From contig CP145409.1 in NCBI GenBank assembly GCA_036867785.1, positions 992,001 through 1,056,000 of the forward strand: 64,000 nucleotides of DNA, in the 5' to 3' direction. Under the pieces are notes generated by a model. It ran no database searches, was not told the origin of the DNA, and saw nothing but the letters and a program-made list of their open reading frames with translations. This stretch comes from Plasmodiophora brassicae. Its lineage: Eukaryota. Made by a program: the position numbers and the translations under genes. Positions 1-9,630 of the stretch are shown one piece after another. Each line of letters opens with the position of its first letter. The first letter of the stretch is position 1.

Positions 1-171
1 GTCACCATCATGCTCTTCGCGGATGACTTTGCGGGCACGTCGGACAGAGTCAAGCTCGCCGATCTGTGCAGAACATTACGACGCGTTCGGCAGGCGCGGC
101 CGCCATCGCCGACAGCAACGGCACAGCTTATAGCTGGACCAACCACGAGTGGTCAAAGCATAACTAACTGA
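1..171 (+). other. 3' end of an ORF entering the window; contains an RT-like LFADD motif (possible degenerate non-LTR retrotransposon fragment)
   Basis: Frame 1 reads VTIMLFADDFAGTSDRVKL... to TGA at 169-171; LFADD resembles the [Y/F]ADD catalytic motif of LINE reverse transcriptases, but the following sequence does not look like RT. Confidence 0.3.
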
Positions 172-412
172 TACAAACTCCCCAAACCCCTCACCCCATG
201 CCGGTGATCAGCTCTTTCGTACGTCCAACCACGTCGGCGCTAGTGCCATTAGCAACCCAGCCAGTAGGCGCCCTGTTCCTCGCTGGCTTGCCGGGATAGT
301 ATCAAAACCGGCGGAGTGGGTCGTTCGTGGCTGATTGATGGGCGGGCGCAGATGGGCTGCGACTACGGGGTTTATCGTGTCGCGGAAAGCGTGACGGTTC
401 CGATTCGAGCGA

Positions 413-1752
413 ATGGTCTCGATCGTCATTGTTATTGGGCAGTCGGCGACGATCCTGGCCGGCGTCTGTGCAGCCATCGCCACGGTCCTAACGTTTAGCC
501 AGGTCAGAGATCATATCCGGTTCAATCAGAGGCTGGACCTGCGCAAGCATGTCAATCGAATCCTGCTTATGTGCCCGGGTAAGGGCACGCCCGTGTCAGC
601 AAGAACGTTCACTGTTGACGGCAGCTCGTTGTGATATTTCCTTAGTCTATGCTTGGACGTCGTTTCTTTCAACGGTTCTAGGTGGTTCTATATATTGGGA
701 CACTGCTCGCGACTGCTATGTAATATCGATGACGTCGTTTGCATTTGCGTTTGCTCCTGACGATTGTTACAGGAAGCTTTCGTAATATATTCATTCTTCA
801 AGTTCATGTCCTCCGTCCTACAAGGAGAATCGGCCATGATTGTAACACTTCGATCCAAGCCACAGCAGGAACACTTCTTTCCTTTCTCAGTAGGCGTGAT
901 TGGGTATGCGGTCAACCCGTTTCTGACTGTCGTTGCGTCAGTTGCTTCCGCGCTGGAAGATGGGCAAACCATTTTATTACAAAGTCCAATGGGGCATTCT
1001 GCAGTATGTCGCCGTCAAACCAATGATGGCTGTTGTCGCGTTGTTCCTTGGCGCGTTGGGGGTCTATCATGAGGGCGCCGTCGCTTTCAACGCCGGGTAT
1101 TTCTACGTCACCTTCGTAGTCAACGCCAGCCAAATTTGGGTATTTCGCTCACTGCCTACATGAGGGTAATGCCAACTGACGTATCGTAGGCGATGTACTG
1201 CCTGATTATAATGTACCTCGCTTTCAGGTCAGATCTGTCCCATGTCCGCCCCGTGCCGAAAATGCTGTGCATCAAGGGTCTCATCTTCTTCACGTTCTGG
1301 CAAAGCGTTTCGATCGCGCTATTTGTTAGCTGGGGATTCCTCATCGGCAGCCACGATGAAATCGCGCGTCTCGAGGACCTTGTCGTGTGCGTCGAAATGG
1401 TCGCGTTCGCAATTGCACACAGATACGCCTTCCCATCGTCCGACTTTTCAGACGGGTCTTCCGTCGACGGGCCCCACATCACAACACCTATGTTCAGGTC
1501 GCTTCTGACGGCTGCGGACGTTAGCGACGGTTTGTCAACGGCTCGCGATCGTTGCACACACACATAGGGCTGAACCCGGTCGCAGTTATCGAAGACCTTC
1601 GGCAAGGAATCGTCCCAGTCAGTGGCCGGGTCACTCCCGACGAAACCGTCATGATCACAACGTCGGCAACGACGTTCATCGCCCACGACCCCTACAGACC
1701 GCCGTCGTCCCGTTCCGCGTCCGTCAACCGCTCCTCAGGCGCCAGTGTGTAA
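413..1752 (+). CDS. TMEM184/organic solute transporter alpha family membrane protein (multi-exon)
   Basis: Exon peptides LRKHVNRILLMCP, YWDTARDCY, WGILQYVAVKPM, VVNASQIW, PKMLCIKGLIFFTFWQS, EDLVVCVEMVAFAIAHRYAF match OST-alpha/TMEM184 motifs. Confidence 0.85.
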
Positions 1753-1869
1753 ATCTGAACTTTGTGGCAAACTTGTATTGCGGACAGTCTCCTCGGCACA
1801 GTGCAGTTTCGCGTCAGAGCACGGTGCCAGCCGTCGTGCAGTGCGGCCAGATGCGCCCGTGGCGTAGAG

Positions 1870-2208
1870 ATGCAGTTCTCAAGTCGGGCGGGGCACTGGT
1901 GCTGCAGGTCGGCGATGTCGGGAGCGTCATCGGCGACGGGAGACGTCGTGGCGAAGGATGTGCCTGCGCAGGCCGACGTGGGTGGGGGCGATCCCGTGCA
2001 ACCGCAAGCGGCAGCAAAGTCCAAGGCGGGGCCGGGCGCCGGGGAACTGATCCTGTTCGATATCGACCCGCGTTTCGGGCCGTGCAAAGGGCTGACCCGC
2101 ATCCAGCGATGGCAGCGTGCAGAGCGGCTTGGCCTGATGCCGTCCCAGGACGTACGCGCCATGATCGTGTCGGATTCGCTCGGTGCGTCGGTCTGGGAAA
2201 GTACGTGA
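1870..2208 (+). CDS. POLD4: DNA polymerase delta subunit 4 (p12/Cdm1-like); ends approximate
   Basis: LILFDIDPRFGPCKGLTRIQRWQRAERLGLMP matches the family signature FDL..xYGPCxGxTRxxRWxRA..LGL.P. Confidence 0.85.
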   Translation: MQFSSRAGHWCCRSAMSGASSATGDVVAKDVPAQADVGGGDPVQPQAAAKSKAGPGAGELILFDIDPRFGPCKGLTRIQRWQRAERLGLMPSQDVRAMIVSDSLGASVWEST

Positions 2209-2265
2209 CGCGGGTGCCCCACAAGCCCGAGCGCCGGCGCGATGGAATGCAGAGGTGTATACATA

Positions 2266-3245
2266 TTACGACTCATCTTGGTCCATGGCGGATGAATCCC
2301 GCTCGTCAAGCTTGTTCAGGTCCGCATATCGTGGGAAGCTCACAATGTTCGATAGTCTTTCCTCGGCCCATGACAGCCGCCGTAGCAATCCGACAATCCT
2401 CGGGTCTGGCATCCAACGATGCATGTAAGTTACGTTCGTGAGGAGCGACATTGCCGATACCTTTCTCCGGCTCACTGCACGCCAGGATAGCGGCGTTCAC
2501 TGTCGAGGCAACCTGGGCCCGGTGCGACAGCGACATCAAGGACGCCAGCGGCGACTCGGACGGATTATCAAACGCAAACAGCGACATGATCTGTTCCATC
2601 TCAGACATGAACTGTGGGTTCCTCGCCGTCCTGGGCGCCAGGTTCTGTCGACAGAACTTGTAAGCAGCGTGTACCAGCTAGGAAGCCGAGCGCAGCCGAT
2701 CACCTTCTGTGCGAACGACAGGGCGCCCTGGATGTCCCCGCTCCGAATCATTTCTATAAACTGCTGCGATTGCAGCTGGAACGCAATGGCTGGATCGCCA
2801 TCCAGGATCGTGCTATCCAGCTGGTTGATATGGTCGATGGCCTCCATTATGCGGCCCTCTCTGATGAGGCGCACGATCTCGATGCGCTCAGCCATGAACT
2901 GGAAGGACCCGTCCACTGGACAATCGTCAACCCAGACGAATGGCATGATACTCCGGGTACATCACTGACTTTGAAGGCCCCGCTCTTCCTGGAACCGTTC
3001 GGCGGCTTCTTTCAAGCCCTCGAAAATCAAGTAGTTCAACACGAGCTTGTCCATAGTCCTGACACGGGCATCGTCAACGATCTATTTGGGCTGGGGGGTT
3101 CACCTGCATCGTACTTCTTCGAAATCTCGATGGACGCCAGACGCTGTACCCACTGTCTCGACGAGATCTTCATGGGCGCTGCGTAATCGTAGATGGACGA
3201 CGCCTCCGACGCGCTATCGTCCATGCCGCCCTCACTGAAGTCCAT
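2266..3245 (-). CDS. GID8: GID8/TWA1-like LisH-CTLH-CRA protein (multi-exon)
   Basis: WVQRLASIEISK, ERIEIVRLIREGRIMEAIDHINQL, FQLQSQQFIEMIR, MSLFAFDNPSESPLASLMSLSHRAQVASTVNAAIL, PRIVGLLRRLSWAEERL. Confidence 0.85.
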
Positions 3246-3434
3246 CGCACTCCGTAGCAACACAGTCGACAACAACCGATCACCGCAGCCGAGTGCATTG
3301 CGGAACCCTCCTGCTTCGCAGTTCCGGCGAATGGATGCTGCTCGCTGCTCGCGTACACCACATACATATGCACAGGCATTCACCATACGGATGAAAAGAG
3401 CACTTTAATCGCACTGGGTGACTTGACGGTTCGA

Positions 3435-5292
3435 TCATTCCTTCTTCTTGGAGATGCCCGAGACGATGTCGTCAACGCGAAGCAGCATAGCAGCCGATTC
3501 GATGGCGGTCTTGAGGGTCTGCGACTTGACGGCGAACGTGTCAAAGACGCGTGATTCGCGGACGTTGACGATCTGGCCTTTGACGCCATCGATGCCCCAC
3601 CAGGAGTTGTTAGTGCCAGGAGACGCGGTGTCAGCGCCCTTCTCCGTTGCAGCATGCTTCGCTCGCAGCGCAGTCAGCACTCGAATCGACTGGCCACCGC
3701 AGTTGTCGATAAGAGTACGAGGAATGACCTCCAGCGCGGTGGCAACAGCCCTGTAGGGCCATTGCTGGACGCCTTCGATCGATTTCGACTTCTTGACCAG
3801 CGCTTGCGACATGGCCATTTCAGCAGCACCTCCACCAGGAACCACTCGCGGGTCAAGAACCGCGTTCTTCACGACAGCCATGGCGTCGATCAAGTTGCGC
3901 TCAATTTCAGAGAGAACATCTTTGGACGCCCCGCGAAGAAGGATTGTGCACGCCTTTGGCGCCTTGCATTCGGTCAGGAACGTGAAGTACTCATCACCTG
4001 GGGAATGGTCAGCACCGATAACCATCGCACAGAAGCATAGTCGATCGTACCAATCTTCTTGACGGAGAACAAGCCACATCCCACCCCGACATCGGATTCC
4101 TTGATCTCCTCAGGACGGTGAACGATCGTCGCGCCAATGGCACGCGCGATACGGTCATTGTCCGTCTTGCGCACACGACGAATACAAGATATGCCGGCCT
4201 TGACAAAGAAATGCTGAGCCAGATCGGAAATACCCTTCTCGGTGATGACGAGGTCGGGCTTGACGGCAATGATCGCCTTGCAGATGTTCTCAATATACTC
4301 CTCTTCAATCTTGAGGAGAGCGGCCCAGTCCTCCTCACGTGTCACCTCAATGTTGGTCTGACTCTCGCCCTTCTTGTACTCGAGGTTGGAGTCGAGCAGA
4401 ACAATACGGGGGTTGACAATGTGTCGACGCATCTTCGGGTGCGTGATGTCCTTTGACAACATGATGCCGTCCAACACGATTGAATCCTCGAGCAGGCCAC
4501 CGGGGATCTTCTCGACCTTCGCGTAGCGCTTAGTGTCGACGTCCTTCTTACCGTCGGGACGGATATCAACAACTCGGTTAACCGCCGTCAGCGCAAGGTT
4601 ACAGATCATGTCACCATAACGAGACACGAACTTCGTTCCTGTAGAAATCGAATCTGAGAATCCGAATGAACACAGTTCGCGATGTGCGACCCAATACCGA
4701 TGGTACTGCGCACAATGTCCAGCATGGTCTCGCGGTCAGACATATCGACGGTGATCGCGATCTCGTTTAGGACCTGCAACGCATCCTGTAGAGCGTTGCG
4801 GTAGGCCCCGACAAGAACCGTCGGGTGCATGTTCTGTTCCAGGAACGGCTCCGCGACAGACAGCATTTCACCGGCAAGAATAATGACAGACGTCGTTCCG
4901 TCTCCAACCTCCTATAGTCATTAATAACGTCAGTGAACCGCGCTTCAAATGGAATCGTGGTACCGAACCTCGTCCTGAGTACGGGACAATTCAATCATGG
5001 ACTTGGCCGACGGGTGCGAAACGTCAATTTCGCGAAGGATGGCATTGCCGTCATTGGTGAGCACAATTCCTCCCATGGGATCCAGAATCATCTTCAGCAT
5101 GGACTGCGGCCCCAGTGTCGTCCGAATGACATCGGCGACGGCCTTGGCGGCCGCCACGTTGCCGAGCTGCGCCTCGCGGCCCTGCGTCCTCTGTGCATTT
5201 TGATCTGCGCCCACATCAATCAGCATCCAGCTACGTCACTGCCGGGCCGCCCCCCATCGGCACTCACTGATAACGAGCACGGGTGCCTGCAT
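3435..5292 (-). CDS. CCT3: T-complex protein 1 subunit gamma (multi-exon)
   Basis: MQAPVLVI start; [74 protein letters not shown]. Confidence 0.97.
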
Positions 5293-5514
5293 TGCCGCTG
5301 ACGTCGCGCGCCGCCCCAGCCGCTATCTAAATCGACGACCTTCCCACGGACACCGTGCCGCTGCTACCTGCCAACCCGCTCAAAATAGACCGATGGCCTC
5401 CAGGGGCATCAAGGCGGACGGTGACTTCACCGGTTCACCCCCCTTCGATGCACGTTACGTTCGAAGGACATCTGCAACATCGTCGCGACGGAGGATTCGT
5501 AAGTCGTATGTGCG

Positions 5515-6335
5515 TTATGTTATTATGTCGGGTGTCGCAGTAGTCGGTTCGTCGGTGCCCTGGGTTTCAGAAGCAGCGTGCTTCTTGCGACGGCGGCGCC
5601 TCGGTTTGTGCTCCGTTTGGTCTGCAGTTGGTCGTCGTTGAGGAACCACCTTGGGTTTCTTTTTCTTACAGGATAACGGGTTGGGTTCTGCACGCTTTCG
5701 CTTCTTGCGAGGCGGTTCACTGGCGTCGTTGGTCGTTTCGACCCCCAATGACTTCTTCTCCCACTCAAGAGGTTGCAGATCCTCGGCTTGCTTGGTCTTG
5801 ACTTTGCCAACTGCGATGCTGGCGGGGGCCTCGAGGATAGGAACTTGGCCGCTGATGTACAGAATCGGTATCGAGTAGCTCTGGCAGCGCAGCCGAATGC
5901 GAAGGTCGGTGTTCTGCACGCCAGCACAAGCACTGCTACCGAGCGTCGTCTTACGTAGAACGTCAGCAATGCAAGCGGCTTCGTCAGTGGAGTTCTTCGC
6001 GTGTCCACACTGAACTCGATCGAACCGCTTGGCGACAATGAATGCTCCAGAGCAGTCTTCTCCGCGACTCTTTAGCACTGTAATAAAGCATTAGGTAACG
6101 AAATGAAACGAAATACGAACCCGCACGACGTACTGTTCATAGTGCATGTTGAAACTCGCGGGAAGCACCTGTCCTGCATCAACTTGGGAATCTGTTCCTT
6201 CAGGTGGATCTTGCCACGCAGTGCGGCCATAATGAAGTCGGAGTCAACAATGAGAACGTATGGCGGCTCTAGGCCATAGTTCATTTGGTAGAAACGGAGG
6301 AATCGCCTGAAGCGTTTCTGTCTGGTAAGCTTCAT
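5515..6335 (-). CDS. UTP23: rRNA-processing protein UTP23 (Fcf1/PIN family), one intron
   Basis: MKLTRQKRFRRFLRFYQMNYGLEPPYVLIVD, CGH...EAACI, and C-terminal KRKRAEPNPLSCKKKK typical of Utp23. Confidence 0.9.
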
Positions 6336-6696
6336 GATGCAGCAACGATTCTGTGTCGCCAAGTCCGTGGCGGACTCCGTGAGCCCGGACACTAAGTTCT
6401 TGATCAACTCATGATCCAAGCAACATTTCTGGCTCCTGAGGACGGCTCCTCTACGTCTGAACTAGCAGCAAATAACGCAGGAATATACACTTCCAACAAA
6501 AACCAATCGCGTACGTCCTCGTTATCATGGAAACCGTAAGAACGGCATCGACGTCGAAGATTTACTTTCGATGTGGGCTTCGACGGCGTTCGGCTGAAGT
6601 GTTTCATGCATTATTAATTGCAGTATATGAATATTATTGCCGCAATGTTGAATGACTTGCCGTCAACCTGGGCTCATTTATCGTTCTCGTTCTCTA

Positions 6697-6951
6697 GCAC
6701 AGTCGTGGACTCGAACCGCGGCCTACCGTCACTGAGGTCGTGTCCACGCTCACATCAGAAGAGCAGCGCATTCAAGAGGCTCATGCTGACCGGGAGATAT
6801 CGTTCGCAACGGCGAACCGTCCAATTCTGATGAGGCTGGCAACGCCTCATCAGAATTGGACACGGCCGCATCCAACCTGCACAGTCGTGGACTCGAACCG
6901 CGGCCTACCGTCACTGAGGTCGTGTCCACGCTCACATCAGAAGAGCAGCGC
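6697..6951. repeat. 73-bp identical direct repeat (6697-6769, 6879-6951) enclosing an 18-bp perfect inverted repeat (6819-6836/6844-6861)
   Basis: GCACAGTCGTGGACTCGAACC...GAAGAGCAGCGC occurs twice, 182 bp apart; GTCCAATTCTGATGAGGC-tggcaac-GCCTCATCAGAATTGGAC lies between. Confidence 0.95.
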
Positions 6952-7011
6952 CACGGCTAGAATACCCCCAGATTCGAACCCAAACGGACGACTACCTACG
7001 CGACCTGGCAT

Positions 7012-7498
7012 GGAATTGTTAAAAACAGAGAATGGCTGGTTGAGTGTAAAATACATGTATTTTACACGTAAAAAACATGTTTAAAACAGCAGGGGGCTGC
7101 GCCCCCCTCGCAGTACGCCTTCATACCGTGGTCACGGTCCTGACAACCTGACCAGATTCGATGACCTCTTCGTCACCAACGGGGTACAAATGTGTGTCCG
7201 AAATCGCCTCGGGAAGTGTGCCTCCCTCGGAAATGCCAATGAACCCTGCGAACCCCAGTCGCTTCGGTCCTATCGCGGCCAGCAGGCTATTTACGAACAA
7301 TCGACCACAACGACATGAGACAAGACGACGACGACGACGCGCACGCGCAACAATGGCTCCTGGACGGCGGAGGTGTATCCGCGGATCGGGAATCCGTTAC
7401 GTTACCTGTATTTTACAGTGTAAAGTTGGTTCCTGAGAGGTGTATTTTACGTGTAAAAAACAGGCTTGTAAAAAACACCCCTTTATTACAACAATTCC
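7012..7498. mobile_element. 487-bp non-autonomous TIR element (MITE) with AT target-site duplication, ISL2EU/PHIS-like
   Basis: AT|GGAATTGTT...AACAATTCC|AT; AT-rich subterminal TTTTACACGTAAAA-type motifs at both ends; 24-bp palindrome at 7044-7067; excision fuses ORF 6740.. in frame with ORF 7535.. (LPTRPG|IDLPLAKTTQNTVARAH). Confidence 0.8.
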
Positions 7499-9506
7499 AT
7501 AGACCTGCCCCTGGCAAAAACGACACAAAATACCGTGGCGAGGGCGCATGGCCATGGGGCAAGCCGGCAAGGTAGCGGGCGTCCTCGCGGGCAAGCGCCG
7601 GGCAGTCGGGCTAGAGGCGACGGTCACCGCGGTCGAGGTCGAGCCGTTCATCTGTCACAAGCTGTTCAGTTGTCACCTGACGAGATCGTCGTTCAGCCGG
7701 ACTGCCCTGACGTTATGTTGCGGTCGACACCGGACGAAGTCGACCATCAGGCATTGTCGCGGCCAAAGAAGAAGGAGGTTGAAGGGCCGTCTAACTACAA
7801 ACGTCGTCAGCTCAAGCGCGCTCTTCGACCGATGAACTGCTGCGGCTGCCGCAGTAGTTGTATCGACATGCTGGGTGTGGTGGCTGACGAACATCGCCGT
7901 TTGTTCGTCGAGAAACGCGATTTCATGGCGCAGACAGCCTACCTCGCTTCAATGATCACGATCAGGAAGGCGCCAGCCGACAGCGTTCCTGGCTCTTACC
8001 AATACGCACTGCCAGGATCCAATGGCATCCCGATCGTCATCTGCCGCCAGGCTTTCATGAACGTGTTCGGCATGGGCACTGTGAAGCTTACGACTGTCAT
8101 TAAGCGCATGGCGAACCAGTACGGCGTTCCGCAGGGTGCTGTTCCGTCGTTCGGCATGGATGGCCGCGGCAAGAGCAACGTTGTTGTTCGCAATCGTACA
8201 CCACATAACGTGCTCGAGATCGCGCGCCCCTTTATCGTCCCGCAGCTCAAGCAGTTCGGCGAGACTTCGCACTACTTGCAGGAAGAGCAAGCGCAAGTGA
8301 TTTATATGCCGGCTGACCAGAGCCCCAGTTCGCTGTGGCGTCAGCTTCTCAGTGATCACGATCCGGTCGCTTCGCAGCAGCTCCAAGAGGCGCTAGCGCT
8401 GCAAGTCGAACTTGCGTCGTCGTTCGAACCGATCATCACCGAGAGGCGCTTCATCGATCTGTTCGCTGCCGAGTTCGGCTACGTCAAGTTCTACAAGCCG
8501 AAGACAGACGAGTCACGAGTGCAAGAAGTGCGTCGTCTTTCGGGCTCAACTCGACGCGATGCTAAACAGCAATCCGGCGAAGGCGTTCTTGCAGGCCGAG
8601 TTCGACGCGCATCGCAGCGACGCCGAGCTGGGCTACCGTATGGTCGAGCACGACTGCGAGCAAGCTCGACTGTCGCGCGTCCAGTATCCTGATCAACCTG
8701 TGAAGTGGGTCGGCACGTTTGTCTTTGACCACCAGAAGAAGTTCGACGTGCCACACCTTGTCACGAAGCAAGCCAGGTTCAATCACCAGTTGAGCGTCTT
8801 CACCTTTGGCGTCTATTCCGCTCATACCGACCGTCACTTCTTCCACCTGTGGTCCGAGTGGGATGGCGCCTGCGGGTCCGACGAGACGATCACCTGCCTG
8901 CTCGCCGTTATTGCTGACCAGAGCGGCTCCCTCGGCCAGGGCATTCTCAACCTGATCTGCGACTCATGTGGCGGGCAGAACAAGAATCAGTTCTTGCTCG
9001 CATTCGCCGCCGAGCTATCACGCCCTGGCAGCGCTTTCTACCGGTTCGCTGAAGTCAACATCAAATTCCCGGAGGTCGACCATACGTTCTTGCCGAATGA
9101 CCGCATATTCGGCGTCATAAGTCAGCACGTGAAGAAGCACAACTTCTACGACCCGCGCGAGCTGTTGCCACTGATCCAGCAGTCGTTCGATCCTCGCCAT
9201 CCGCAACATGCAGTGTGGATGAATCGCCTCGATTTTAAGAACTACGGCGCCTACATGGTGAGCACGTATAAGATTCTTGGCGCTGCTGCCCTCGGTGGCG
9301 ATCCGCATGATGGCGGCGCAGAGAAACTTCTTCTGCGCGACGACGCGAAATGGATGAACTTCGGCCGGCATCGCCAGTGGTCGCACCCGGGCGAAATGTG
9401 GGTGCGATCATGCCTGCAAGCTAGCGCGACATGGAAGAAATACCGGTATGTCTTAGTGCCGGACTTCATCGTGAAGTCTTGTCCGGCATGTCGGCGGGTG
9501 CACTAA
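7499..9506 (+). pseudogene. Sola-type (DDD) transposase, frameshifted by a 7-bp insertion at 8514-8520 and 3'-rearranged
   Basis: ICRQAFMNVFG, SHY, FYKPKTDE/CKKC, FDHQKKFDVP, LSVFTFGVY, LWSEWDGACGSDETITCL, DSCGGQNKN, FPEVDHTFLPNDRIFG follow the Sola1/Sola2 transposase pattern; ORFs 7535..8692 and 8412..9506. Confidence 0.8.
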
Positions 9507-9630
9507 GACATATCCGGTATTTCTTCCATGTCGCGCTAGCTTGCAGCATGATCGCACCCACATTTCGCCCAGGCCGCCATCATGCGGATCGCCACCGAGG
9601 GCAGCAGCGCCAAGAATCTTATACGTGCTC
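9260..9630. repeat. Fold-back (inverted duplication) of transposase 3' sequence
   Basis: 9500-9570 is the near-exact reverse complement of 9389-9459, and 9573-9630 of 9260-9317 (9318-9388 absent from the copy); the loop has a small hairpin GACTTCA-tcg-TGAAGTC. Confidence 0.95.

Larger units (their letters stand above)
6695..9627 (+). mobile_element. Composite ~2.9-kb insertion carrying a rearranged Sola-like transposase; no TIRs of its own visible
   Basis: Bounded by CTC at 6692-6694 and 9628-9630; removing it rejoins the minus-strand PH gene in frame (FPIPA|RTRTINEPRLTASHSTLRQ*). Contains the transposase ORFs, a MITE and fold-backs at both ends. Confidence 0.65.

Noticed and set aside
178-198. 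Telomere-like C-rich tract
   Set aside because: Irregular and too short to be a telomeric array.
6404-6607. 67-aa minus-strand ORF as a gene or extra exon of the PH gene
   Set aside because: A splice to it is conceivable, but the simpler reconstruction stops at 6634; no recognisable homology.
6819-6861. Hammerhead ribozyme suggested by CTGATGAG
   Set aside because: No GAAA after stem II, and the motif is sequestered in a perfect hairpin.
6697-6990. tRNA/SINE-like B-boxes on the minus strand (GGTTCGAGTCC twice, GGTTCGAATC once)
   Set aside because: No acceptor stem, D-arm or A-box can be built, and the plus strand reads as coding-like sequence continuous with the transposase frame.
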